From Candidatus Eiseniibacteriota bacterium (GTDB lineage Bacteria > Eisenbacteria > RBG-16-71-46 > CAZAMP01): a stretch of DNA of 64,000 nucleotides. A program made the translations under genes and the position numbers. A model generated the notes under the pieces. The model was given only the letters and a program-made list of their open reading frames with translations. It was not told the DNA's origin and made no database searches. Location of the stretch: contig OZ245046.1 in assembly GCA_965224245.1 (NCBI GenBank), positions 768,001 to 832,000 on the forward strand, read 5' to 3'. Positions within the stretch are counted from its first letter, which is position 1, and each line of letters starts with the position of its first letter. Positions 42,501-51,158 of the stretch are shown here, piece by piece.

Positions 42501-43043
42501 CGGCGCCGGAATCGAGGGATCGTCGAGCACGACCCCCTGGATGAAGCGCGGCGTTCCCGTGTGCGAGTCGAAGACCAGCCGGAGCGCGTCTCCGTTCCGC
42601 CGCATCAGACGATCCCAGGTCCGGACCGCGTCCGGGGACGCGAGATGGCGCCGCGCCGAGGGGGCCACGCCGAGCTCGCTGGAGAGCACGAGCGCCTCGA
42701 GCTTCGCGACGCCGTCCGCGAGCAGCCGATCGCGGTCGTAGTGCCGGGCGGAGGTTGGCGCGGCGGTCCGTCCGGACTTCAGTGCGGAGGCGGTGGCGGC
42801 GCCCGACTTGGTCGCCGGCGGCGGGGTGCTCGTGTCGATCGCGAGCGGTACCGGGAGCGTGTCCAGGTCGATCGCGCTCGCGAGGCTCGGCACGGTGGCC
42901 GTGAGACAGAGCGTGAATAGCGCCGACACCACCGGGGACATCGCTCGCGCCGCGCGCGGCGTGGGCCGCCACGGGCTCGAGCCGGCCGGAGCGAGAAGCG
43001 ATGTCGTCGAGTGTGACGCGCGGTCGGGCGTCGTGCTTGTCAT
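39510..43043 (-). CDS. Secreted M4 (thermolysin-family) metalloprotease with FTP/PepSY propeptide, propeller-like domain and FlgD-type C-terminal domain
   Basis: Signal peptide, NNAFWNG, HEMSH, GALNEHFAD, DNGGVHINSGIPN, C-terminal PNP...IFDVSGRRV...WD..D..G. Confidence 0.93.
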   Translation of the reverse strand: MTSTTPDRASHSTTSLLAPAGSSPWRPTPRAARAMSPVVSALFTLCLTATVPSLASAIDLDTLPVPLAIDTSTPPPATKSGAATASALKSGRTAAPTSARHYDRDRLLADGVAKLEALVLSSELGVAPSARRHLASPDAVRTWDRLMRRNGDALRLVFDSHTGTPRFIQGVVLDDPSIPAPAHPEEAAARLLDEIAPLLRLEDASAELLAYQSLAGRDGTVAIRHAQAYRGLRVWGRDLIVRVDDSGRVTGVSARTVPSPVGISIEPTVSESAARTTALASMPATGVTATVEETELVFYGRDAVSLAWRVRASAGLAHRDDVFVDAENGLILGRETLVPHGGGAITGSGVDLSGTTRSLELYEDGGTVFMINTTKDMFDASGTLPQEGKGVINLLDARNGDGSQLFFVTSPSATSWTGFENAVSAAFFADLVYDYFRSAHDRVSIDAAGMNMNLIVNFQNGFNNAFWNGTFMVFGNGDGTSFSDLAGTLDVTAHEMSHGVIEHTANLVYEFQSGALNEHFADVFGVSTDFHHNGAEANWLLGEDVTTPAIAGDCLRNMEHPDGADVAFGGQQPAHMDQFQDLPIDQDNGGVHINSGIPNRAYFLAATTGGMTVAKAEEIWYRTLSMYLNRNSQFADFRLGIRQAAADLHGAGSLEQDAVTAALDAVGMTAEEDTDDPVDLPDNEGVDFLSVIDAGSGEIVAVSVPVGEGSTIDAISGGLSIADGGRPSFADDGSAMAFVGSDQHVYLAAEGSIFQISADPEWWSVALSAGGRFLAATPFVEDNTIFVFDLIEPGNSAAFELATQTSGESGSDNILYADVLEFAVGGDFLVYDALHNVSIDGADAQYWDINFLRLTDGLSFRVLQPLPSNESVGNPTFAQNSDNTLAFDYLAGDGNIYVVAVDVVTGESGIVTNNFSSLGRPTFAGDDAGIYYEFTNGGGSSIWFVSLAADGLTGAGDDTQLLTGGFWPVHFTVGVRETPVLLESLAGSWSESTVSLSWRAPARIPMFEIERAGDAGSFESRTPTPLLASELADETGLCTWSDVVDVDAARLTYRIVGIDAHGERQELGRLTVLPSGTLSAQGAIMLPASPNPLVDATRLRVVIPRSLTGVPVTLEIFDVSGRRVARPIAGEVLAEGRYDIRWDATDGRGSRLPAGEYVALLRGGRQRVATKIMVMSR

Positions 43044-43075
43044 GATCGTGATCTCCAGCAACGGGGTGGTGTCGT

Positions 43076-43528
43076 TCACGTCTCGGAAGAGGCCGTGGCC
43101 AGCATCTCGCGGCAGGCCTCGAACAGGTCGTTCAGCGTGGCGGCGTCGTCGTCGCCGAGCGCCCACCGCACCGAGTGGGTGCGACCCTCGGCGGTGACCT
43201 CGATCACGCGTGTCATGTTGCCCGGCGGTCGCGAGTCGAGCTCGAAAAACCCCGCGTCCTCGACGGACTTCCACAGCATCGCGCAGCTCTTCGCGTCGAT
43301 CTTGCCGGCGGCCTCGTCCTCGGCCTTCTCCGAGCGACCCTGCCAGGATGCGACCGTCCCGTCGGCGTGAACGGTGCTGCCCTGCCAGAGTCCGGTGACC
43401 CCGCCGCCCTCACCGAAACGCATACGGAAGTCGTCGGGCACCGACTCCGTCCGGTCTCCGGTGGACTTTGCGCAGCTCAGCGTCGCGACGACGAGCAGCG
43501 CCGCGATCCATCGCCAGGCACCTGTCAT
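43076..43528 (-). CDS. Lipoprotein with an emfourin (M4 inhibitor)-like domain
   Basis: Lipobox TLSC, GGAGG RBS; RFGEGGGVTG, VEDAGFFEL, IEVTAEGRTHSV. Confidence 0.6.
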   Translation of the reverse strand: MTGAWRWIAALLVVATLSCAKSTGDRTESVPDDFRMRFGEGGGVTGLWQGSTVHADGTVASWQGRSEKAEDEAAGKIDAKSCAMLWKSVEDAGFFELDSRPPGNMTRVIEVTAEGRTHSVRWALGDDDAATLNDLFEACREMLATASSET

Positions 43529-43633
43529 GTTGGGAACCTCCAGCGTGTGTTGCGAACGTCTCACGCCAACTCCGCGCGATGGTACGTGACGGGAGCCCGG
43601 TTCCCAAGGCGAGCGCCGGGTCCGCGCCGCCGA

Positions 43634-45340
43634 TCACGTCCCGGACCGGACCCGATGCCAGCGGCGAAGCTCGTCGCGGGGGCCGTGACGTCCCACCACG
43701 GTCTCGATCGGGACGACCTCGCCGTCGGCGAGCTGGACACCCGCCGCGACCCCGGGCAGGCCGACCTGGGGCGGGGTGACGAACACGACCGTGCCGATCG
43801 GCGACCCGTTGCGATCGAGCGTGCCCTCGGCGTGCCAGTAGCCGGGATCGCCGATCGACCCGTTGGTCGTCTCCCGGCGCACGTACACGCCGGCGTACTT
43901 GAACGTGGCGCCGCCGAAGCTCGCTTGCGTCTCGTTCCAGAGGTGAGAGTTCGTGACGAAGTTGTCCACGTAGATCGACTTGTATCGATAAGCCTCCGCC
44001 ACCTGAAACGTCACCAGCGGTGACTGAACCGTGCCCAGCGCGGTCTGGTACGTGTCGTACGTCGCGCTGGAGCCGCTGACCTCCGAGTCGATCTCGCTCT
44101 CGAACGTGAGGTCGAGCTGGTGCGGCTCGCCCTGGTACTCGATCGTGCCCCGGAAGGTCCGACCGTACTGCGTGAGCGTGCGTCGCACGGCGTGGGCGTC
44201 GTGCCGTCCGATCGACTGTTTCCGCGGACCCGGCCCGGCCCAGACGCTGCGGATCGCCACGTCGACGACCGACCCCAGCTTCACGTCGAAGTCGAGGTCG
44301 TCGTGGTAGTCCCGGAACGACTCCCACGTGCTCGAGATGTCGCCGATGAACGTCCGCACGACGAACTCCAGCGGAACGCTCAGCCCCGAGAGCACGACGA
44401 CGAGCCGGTCGGTCGGTGTGGGGTCGTAGGTGAACGTCTCGGAGTCCGGTCCACCGATCTGGGTCAGCGTGCCCACGAGCGTGCCCTCGGGATCGCCGCT
44501 CAGCTCGGAGGCGAGGAACACGGCCTGTGCCACGAGGTCGATCGACTCCGACAGGAACTCCGACGCGTCCTCCCCGGCCCCGAACATCGACGAGGCGACC
44601 CGTCGCTCGTTCGTGGTCATTCCGGACTCGGTCAGGTCGATCGTGACCGAGCCCGAGACCGACGGCGCGGCCACGCTCGTGGCGCGAACGGTCGCGGTCG
44701 GTGGATCGGGAAGCGATCCCGGCGCCGTGAACACGCCGCTCGCGGAGACGGTGCCACGGCCGCTCTCGACGACGCTCCAGGTCACGTCGGTGGCGTCGGT
44801 CCCGACCACCGTCGCGGTCAGGGTCAGGCTCTCGCCGAGCCGCACGATGGCGTCCGAGGGTGCGACCGACACGGCGATCGCGACGCCGTCGTTGTCCACC
44901 GTGACGTCGACTGCGTCGTCGTCGGTCCCCGCGTCGTTCGTGGCGCGGGCCGCGATCCGGTGCGTGCCGTCGCTCACCGAGCCCGACGCCCAGGTCGTCG
45001 AGAACGGCGCCTCCTCGTCGGTGGCGACGTCGATGCCGTCGACCGAGAACGTGACCCGGGTGGCGCGTTCGGCGGTGGCCGTGATCGTGACGTCGCCGGA
45101 GATCGTGGCCGCGTCGGACGGCGAGGCGATCCTGACCACCGGAGCGTCCGGGTTGCCCTCGTCGGGTGTGGTGCCACCATCTCCGGAATCCGAGCCGCAT
45201 CCGAGCGGGGCGAGCATGGCGATCCCGATGGAGACCGACACCACCGTGCGGATCGAGCGGGATCCGATCGGTCGGCCCGGGACGGGCGCGGACCGATCAC
45301 GGGACGACGTGAGCGGACGAGGCTGAGTTCGCGGAGACAT
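43634..45340 (-). CDS. Lipoprotein with two bacterial Ig-like domains and an unknown C-terminal domain
   Basis: Lipobox PLGC; Ig-like PVVRIASPSD...DGTHRIAARA and VSVAPS...VTWSV...GVFTAP. Confidence 0.75.
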   Translation of the reverse strand: MSPRTQPRPLTSSRDRSAPVPGRPIGSRSIRTVVSVSIGIAMLAPLGCGSDSGDGGTTPDEGNPDAPVVRIASPSDAATISGDVTITATAERATRVTFSVDGIDVATDEEAPFSTTWASGSVSDGTHRIAARATNDAGTDDDAVDVTVDNDGVAIAVSVAPSDAIVRLGESLTLTATVVGTDATDVTWSVVESGRGTVSASGVFTAPGSLPDPPTATVRATSVAAPSVSGSVTIDLTESGMTTNERRVASSMFGAGEDASEFLSESIDLVAQAVFLASELSGDPEGTLVGTLTQIGGPDSETFTYDPTPTDRLVVVLSGLSVPLEFVVRTFIGDISSTWESFRDYHDDLDFDVKLGSVVDVAIRSVWAGPGPRKQSIGRHDAHAVRRTLTQYGRTFRGTIEYQGEPHQLDLTFESEIDSEVSGSSATYDTYQTALGTVQSPLVTFQVAEAYRYKSIYVDNFVTNSHLWNETQASFGGATFKYAGVYVRRETTNGSIGDPGYWHAEGTLDRNGSPIGTVVFVTPPQVGLPGVAAGVQLADGEVVPIETVVGRHGPRDELRRWHRVRSGT

Positions 45341-45492
45341 GAGCCGAGAATCCTTCTTCACGTGGGGACGGTTTTCGAGCGCCGCCTCGGCGGCCGCGGC
45401 GGCGACACCGGGGCGTGTCGACGGTGCACACACATACCCGTTCACGACGCGTCTCACGAGACCCAAAACCGCCAGTGGATCTGGCCTCCAGT

Positions 45493-45505
45493 TAAGACGT
45501 TGATT
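45493..45505 (-). promoter_or_regulatory. IHF-type binding site in a divergent promoter region
   Basis: AATCAACGTCTTA matches WATCAANNNNTTR exactly. Confidence 0.4.
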
Positions 45506-45678
45506 TTAAAGACGATACGCGAAAGCGGCATTCGGGCCCCGGCTCGCCGACGGTGCGTGTGAAACAATACGTACAATCCACGGCCCGCCTAGAGATGTTC
45601 CGTATTGGACGCGGGGTGTAGCGGCGGCCACAATCGTCCGACATCTTCGGTGAAGCCGGCCACCTCGGGAGGGAATTG

Positions 45679-46941
45679 ATGGAGCGCGACGTCCGCCGGA
45701 ACCCGGGTCTCTTGAAGCTCGACCTCTACTGCAAGGGTCTCCGCCTGGACGACTCGTTCTTCCAGGATCGCGACGGCCGCCAGATCATGCGCACGCGCGC
45801 CGGTCTCGGGAGTGGCCTGGAGCTGGTTCTCCCGGATGGGCTGTGGACCAACGTCCCGGTCACCGAGCCGTTTGCGAAGGACTCGCCGTACATTCTGTTC
45901 CGCGAGAACGGCGCGCTCCGGATCCGCCGGGACGGCGATCGCGAGCGAGTGGCGGACGTCATGCTGTCCCCGAAGCCACCGTGGTACGAGCGGCACACGA
46001 CCAGCGGGAAGCCGATGACGCGCGTCGGATCGCTGCAGGGCACGTACCTCGGCATCTACCCGGCGAAGGTCTGCGAGTACTGGCTCGAGAAGCCCGAGAA
46101 GTCCAACTGCAAGTTCTGCTCGGTGGGGCTGAACCTCGGGGTCGACGACGCCGACGAGAAGTCGGTCGAGGAGGTCCTGGAGGTCGTGGTGGCCGCGCGC
46201 GAGGAGAGCGACGTCACCTACGTCGACTTCAACACCGGGCACTACCAGGGCGACACGTACCTCGACATCCTCGAGCCGTACATCCGCCGCGTCAAGCAAG
46301 AGACCGGCGTCCTGATCGGCGTGCAGACTCCGCCCCATCACGACCTCTCGCGCTACGACGCGCTCAAGAAGATGGGCGTCAATCGGGTCTCGTTCTGCTT
46401 CGAGATCTACGATCGCGAGCGGTTCCAGGAGGTCTGTCCCGGCAAGCACCGGGAGTACGGCCTGGACCGCTATCTGGAGGCGGTCCGTTACTGTGCCGCG
46501 CTCGGCGGCAACCGATCGTTCCGCAAGGTCGAGCCGTGGGTCTCGAACGGCGAGATCATCGCGGGGCTCGAGCCGCCCGAATCCTCGATGGCCGCCATCG
46601 ACTGGATCACGTCGGCGGGAGCGATCCCCACCGTGTGTGTGTTCCGACCGCTGGCCGGCACCGACTATCGCGACGTGCCGCCACCCCAGACCGAGGATCT
46701 GATCCCGGTGTTCGCACGTCTCTACGAGAGCTGCATGGATCGCGGTCTCCCGATCGGGATGGCGCCGAACGTCCACGTCAGCCTCGTGCTCCTGCCCGAG
46801 GAGGGACGGTACTTCGTGGACCGGCCCGAGCGGTACCGCCTCAAGGAGATGCGCCGCCGCGCCATGAAGGCCGTGTTCAGCCGCCGGTTCCGAAAGGAGC
46901 TGGAGAAGGCCGACGCGACGAGGCGTGCCCACGCCTCGTGA
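45679..46941 (+). CDS. Radical SAM protein with a Cx11Cx2C motif (biotin synthase-related / MSMEG_0568-like)
   Basis: CEYWLEKPEKSNCKFC, FNTG, FEIYD..RF..VCPGK, IIAGLE, CVFRP; GGAGG RBS. Confidence 0.85.
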   Translation: MERDVRRNPGLLKLDLYCKGLRLDDSFFQDRDGRQIMRTRAGLGSGLELVLPDGLWTNVPVTEPFAKDSPYILFRENGALRIRRDGDRERVADVMLSPKPPWYERHTTSGKPMTRVGSLQGTYLGIYPAKVCEYWLEKPEKSNCKFCSVGLNLGVDDADEKSVEEVLEVVVAAREESDVTYVDFNTGHYQGDTYLDILEPYIRRVKQETGVLIGVQTPPHHDLSRYDALKKMGVNRVSFCFEIYDRERFQEVCPGKHREYGLDRYLEAVRYCAALGGNRSFRKVEPWVSNGEIIAGLEPPESSMAAIDWITSAGAIPTVCVFRPLAGTDYRDVPPPQTEDLIPVFARLYESCMDRGLPIGMAPNVHVSLVLLPEEGRYFVDRPERYRLKEMRRRAMKAVFSRRFRKELEKADATRRAHAS

Positions 46942-46971
46942 CGGCCGGCCTTCAAGGGACGTACCGGCCGC

Positions 46972-48648
46972 TCAGCCCTTCGCCGACAGATTCTCGAGCG
47001 TGTAGGACTGGATCTCGGCCGCGAGCGCGCGTGCGCGAGCCAGCGCGGTCTCGGCTCGCCGGGTCGTCTCGGCGAGAAACTCCGCGTCGGGCTCCCCGTT
47101 CAGGTTGATCAGCACGTTGTAGTACGCCCCCTCGGCGCAGGCCAGGCCGGTGAGCCCCGCGACGCCGGCGTCGCTGAGGGAGGCGGGGTTGCCCCGCTCG
47201 GCGATCTCGCGCGCGACCTCGAGCGTGGGCACCGTGTGCTCGAGCACGGACAGCGGCACGCGCGTGGCCTCGTGGTTCGCCTCCAGGATGGCCGCCTCGC
47301 GCGCAGCGATCTCCGCATCGGTCTTCCTCGGGAGACGCCGGGCGGCGATCACGCCATCGAAGGCATCGGTGTCCCGATCGATCGCTCCCACGAAGAAGGC
47401 GCGCTCGGCCTCGCCGCGGATCGCGATGTCGTCCAGCACCGGCCGCGCCTCCTGGAACCCCTTCTTCGCGTAGGACAGGTGCGCGACCATCGTCGACAGC
47501 GACGCGGACAGCGCCCCACAGAGCGCGGCCACGCTGCCTCCTCCGGGAGCGGGGGAGTCCGATGCGAGCTCGACCGAGAACTCCCGCACCGTCATCGAGG
47601 CCAGCCGTCCCTTCGGGCGGATCCGGTACTCGATGATCTTCTCATCGGGATCGAACGGGGTCAGGTCGTCCAGTCCCAGCGACTGCACGGCGACGGACAC
47701 CAGCCGCTCCTCGGGCACGCCGGTCGACTCACCCTGCTTCGCGAGGTAGTGCTTCCCGGCGGCCAGCATCGCGTCCAGCGGGATGAGACCGACGATCTCG
47801 CTGCCGGTCACGCGGAGCCCCCGCGCGTGCGCGCCGCGCTCGATCTCGTCGAAGACCTCGTGCACCGGGCTCACGTGGTGGTTCGTCAGGTTCATCGAGA
47901 CCTGGGCGCGCTGGTACTCGTCGATGTACCAGCCGACACCCTTGACGTTCTTGAACGTGCCGGGCTTGCGGAGCGCCTTGCCATCCTCGTCCCGCGCGAT
48001 CACACCGTCGTCGGTCCGCGCGAAGCGCCCCTGCTCGCGCACGTCGAGCGCGATGTCGTGTGCGAGCGCCTTGTTGCGCGTGTTCAGGTTCACGTTGTAC
48101 GCGATCAGGAACTCGCGCGCGCCGATCGCGGTCGCGCCCGAGCGCGCGTTGAACGTGGACGGACCGAAGTCGGGCTTCCAGTTCGGATCGGACAGCTTGG
48201 CCGAGAGACCCTCGTACTCGCCCTTGCGGACGTCGGCGAGGTTTTGCCGGTCTTCGCAGGACGCGGCGTGCTCGTAGAGGTAGACCGGGATCCCGAGCTC
48301 GTCACCCACGCGCGCAGCCAGGCGGCGCGCGATCTCGACGCACTCGTCCATCGTGACGCCGGCCACCGGGACGAACGGGCACACGTCTGTCGCGCCCATG
48401 CGAGCGTGCTCTCCGGTGTGCTTGGACATGTCGATCAGCTGTGCGGCGCGCGCGATGGCCTGGAAGGCGGCCTCCTCGACCGCGTCGGGCGGGCCCACGA
48501 TCGTGAAGACCGTCCGGTTCGTGGCCTTTCCCGGGTCCACGTCCAGAAGCGAGGCACCCTCGACACTCCGGATCGCGTCGGAGATGGCGTCCAGCACACG
48601 CCGATCCCGCCCCTCGCTGAAGTTCGGAACACACTCCACGATCTTCAC
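46972..48648 (-). CDS. ftcD: Bifunctional glutamate formiminotransferase / formiminotetrahydrofolate cyclodeaminase
   Basis: IVECVPNFSEGR, HARMGATDVCPF, QVSMNL, LASDSPAPGGGSVAA. Confidence 0.95.
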   Translation of the reverse strand: MKIVECVPNFSEGRDRRVLDAISDAIRSVEGASLLDVDPGKATNRTVFTIVGPPDAVEEAAFQAIARAAQLIDMSKHTGEHARMGATDVCPFVPVAGVTMDECVEIARRLAARVGDELGIPVYLYEHAASCEDRQNLADVRKGEYEGLSAKLSDPNWKPDFGPSTFNARSGATAIGAREFLIAYNVNLNTRNKALAHDIALDVREQGRFARTDDGVIARDEDGKALRKPGTFKNVKGVGWYIDEYQRAQVSMNLTNHHVSPVHEVFDEIERGAHARGLRVTGSEIVGLIPLDAMLAAGKHYLAKQGESTGVPEERLVSVAVQSLGLDDLTPFDPDEKIIEYRIRPKGRLASMTVREFSVELASDSPAPGGGSVAALCGALSASLSTMVAHLSYAKKGFQEARPVLDDIAIRGEAERAFFVGAIDRDTDAFDGVIAARRLPRKTDAEIAAREAAILEANHEATRVPLSVLEHTVPTLEVAREIAERGNPASLSDAGVAGLTGLACAEGAYYNVLINLNGEPDAEFLAETTRRAETALARARALAAEIQSYTLENLSAKG

Positions 48649-48843
48649 GGCACTCTTCTCCCACGCCGCCAAACGCCGGCGTAACTGACATCCACGGAGT
48701 AACTTGAAGGTCGATGACGCTATCACGCGGCAGGACGGACGGTCAATCCGGCGCGCGCCCCCGTCACACGCATTCGCGACGCGCGCTGCGCCGCGTGATC
48801 CCGACGCGCCCCCGCGGTGCGCGATCGCGCGCCGGGGCCTTGC

Positions 48844-48873
48844 TTGACCTGCGATTCGAGACCGTGATAGCCT
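48844..48873 (+). promoter_or_regulatory. Sigma70-type promoter for yebC-ruvCA
   Basis: TTGACC-N18-TAGCCT with extended -10 TG. Confidence 0.5.
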
Positions 48874-48938
48874 CCGCCGAAACACGATCCGTCCTTTCAA
48901 CTGACCGCCAGACAAAGAGTTGGGGAGTTTCAAGGGGT

Positions 48939-49691
48939 ATGGCTGGCCATTCAAAATGGGCGAACATCAAGCACCGCAAGGGGCGTCAGGACGCCGCGCG
49001 CGGGAAGCTGTTCGGAAAGCTCATTCGGGAGATCACCGTCGCCGCGAAGATGGGTGGGGGTGACATCGACGCGAATCCGCGTCTGCGCCTGGCGGTCGAC
49101 AAGGCTCGCAAGCAGTCGATGCCGAAGGACACCATCGAGCGCGCGGTCGCCAAGGGCGCGGGTGCGGGCGAGGGCGGCGAGTCCCTCGAGGAGATCACGT
49201 ACGAGGGATACGGGGCCAAGGGCGTGGCCATCATGCTCGAGGTGATCACCGACAACAAGAACCGCACGACGCCCGAGATCCGGCACCTGTTCTCGAAGTA
49301 CGGCGGCAACCTCGGCACCGACGGGTGCGTGGCCTGGATCTTCGAGACGCGCGGTGTGATTCAGATCGCCAGGTCGGACACCGACGAGGATCGCCTCATG
49401 GAGCTGGCGCTCGAGGCCGGCGCCGAGGACGTCGTCACCGAGGACGAGCACTACGAGGTGCGCACGAGCTTCGAGGGCTTCGAGACCGTGCGCCAGGCGC
49501 TCGAGGCCGCGGGGCTCACGCTCCAGAACGCCGAGGTCACCAAGGTGCCGCAGAACGAGATCACGCTGGACGAGGACGACGCGAAGTCGGTGCTGAAGCT
49601 CCTCGAGATGCTCGAGGACCACGACGACGTCCAGCAGGTCCACTCCAACTTCGACGTCTCGGAAGAGGTGCTCGCCAAGCTCAGTGAGTGA
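48939..49691 (+). CDS. yebC: YebC/PmpR family protein
   Basis: MAGHSKWANIKHRK, NPRLR, YEGYG, TDNKNRT, LEDHDDVQ. Confidence 0.97.
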   Translation: MAGHSKWANIKHRKGRQDAARGKLFGKLIREITVAAKMGGGDIDANPRLRLAVDKARKQSMPKDTIERAVAKGAGAGEGGESLEEITYEGYGAKGVAIMLEVITDNKNRTTPEIRHLFSKYGGNLGTDGCVAWIFETRGVIQIARSDTDEDRLMELALEAGAEDVVTEDEHYEVRTSFEGFETVRQALEAAGLTLQNAEVTKVPQNEITLDEDDAKSVLKLLEMLEDHDDVQQVHSNFDVSEEVLAKLSE

Positions 49692-50208
49692 GGAGACGCC
49701 CGTGCTCGTGTTGGGTATCGATCCCGGAACCCGTGCCACCGGCTACGGGGCCGTGGCGCGCGAGGCCGATCGGTTCGTGTGTGCCGAGCGTGGCGTCATC
49801 CGACCGCGGAGCACCGATCCCCTGGCCAGACGCTTGCTGACGCTCCACGACGCGCTCGACGCGCTGGTCGTCCGCGTCCGCCCCGACGTGATCGCGGTCG
49901 AGGACTGCTTCCAGTCGCGGAACGCGCGCTCCACGCTCAAGCTCGGCCACGTGAAGGGACTGGCGCTGGTGGTGGCGGCCCGGCACGGGATCGAGGTTCA
50001 CGAGTACGCGCCGCGCCGCGTGAAGCAGGCGGTGGTCGGGCGCGGTGGCGCCACCAAGGAGCAGGTGCAGTTCATGGTCACGCGGATGATCGCCGGCCTG
50101 CTGAGCGACACCGACGGGCCCGGCGCCCTGCCCCTGGACCTGACCGACGCACTGGCGGTGGCGGTCTGTCACCATCACGTGGGGCGTCTGGCGGCGTCCC
50201 ATGTCTGA
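49684..50208 (+). CDS. ruvC: Holliday junction resolvase RuvC
   Basis: LGIDPG..ATGYG, AVE, VKQAVVGRGGATKEQV, DLTDALAVA. Confidence 0.96.
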   Translation: MSEETPVLVLGIDPGTRATGYGAVAREADRFVCAERGVIRPRSTDPLARRLLTLHDALDALVVRVRPDVIAVEDCFQSRNARSTLKLGHVKGLALVVAARHGIEVHEYAPRRVKQAVVGRGGATKEQVQFMVTRMIAGLLSDTDGPGALPLDLTDALAVAVCHHHVGRLAASHV

Positions 50209-50226
50209 GCAGGTGGGCGGGCGACG

Positions 50227-50832
50227 ATGATCACGCTCCTGCGCGGGCGCGTCCTCGACCGGGGACCGGCGTCCCTCGTCGTCGACGTGGGGGGCGTCGG
50301 GCTTCTGGTCGCCGTTCCCGAGCGAACCGCCGGCTCGCTGCCCGACGACGGGCACGAGATCCTCCTCCACACGCATCTCAACGTGCGCGAGACCGCGCTC
50401 GAGCTGTACGGCTTCGCGACCATGGACGATCGGGCGATGTTCCAGGCGCTCATCGGCGTCTCGGGCATCGGGCCGCGCACCGCGCTCGCGGTGCTGTCCC
50501 GGATGTCGGCCGACGCGATCGCGCGCGCGCTCCAGACCCGTGACGTGGATGCGTTCTGCCGTGCGCCGGGCGTCGGCAAGAAGACCGCGCAGCGCGTCGT
50601 GCTCGAGCTCTCCGAGCGGTTCGACATGCACGAGGAGACGGTGGTGGCCACGGGGGCCGGCGTGGCGGCGGTGCAGGACGCGATCCGTGCCCTGATCGCG
50701 CTCGGCTACGGGGATACCCAGGCGCGCAAGGCGGTCTCGTCGGCGCGCCCGGGCCTCGACGACGACGTGACCGCGAGCGCGCTCATTCGCGAGGCGCTGG
50801 TGGGTCTCGGCGCCTCACCGGCCGGTCGCTGA
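50227..50832 (+). CDS. ruvA: Holliday junction branch migration protein RuvA
   Basis: MITLLRG, LYGF, VSGIGPRTA, PGVGKKTAQR, ALIALGY. Confidence 0.96.
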   Translation: MITLLRGRVLDRGPASLVVDVGGVGLLVAVPERTAGSLPDDGHEILLHTHLNVRETALELYGFATMDDRAMFQALIGVSGIGPRTALAVLSRMSADAIARALQTRDVDAFCRAPGVGKKTAQRVVLELSERFDMHEETVVATGAGVAAVQDAIRALIALGYGDTQARKAVSSARPGLDDDVTASALIREALVGLGASPAGR

Positions 50833-51158
50833 CGTCCGACGACGAGCGACGCCGCGTGGCGGCCGTCACCTCTCGCACGCTGGGGTGCGTGCCACGCCGG
50901 GTCCGAGCCGATGACGCCGCCCGGGGGTGCCACGAGCGCCCATGTGGGCGATCGCGACCGGCGCACCGGCCGCCCACGATCGCCAGCGCCCGGACCGGAC
51001 TCCACGTCGTGCGACGAGGCGGGGTTTGGGCGGTGTATTTCATTTCATGACAAGAAGTTACGTCGACATCGAGCTGGCGTGACCGCGGGTCGTTCGGGTA
51101 TGCTCGGCGCGTCTCGAACGTGATTCGATCGACTCGGTCCCTTCGGTGGAGGTGTCCC

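Noticed and set aside
39861-42920. 1019-aa plus-strand ORF
   Set aside because: Antisense shadow of the M4 protease; long open antisense frames are expected at this GC and it has no motifs
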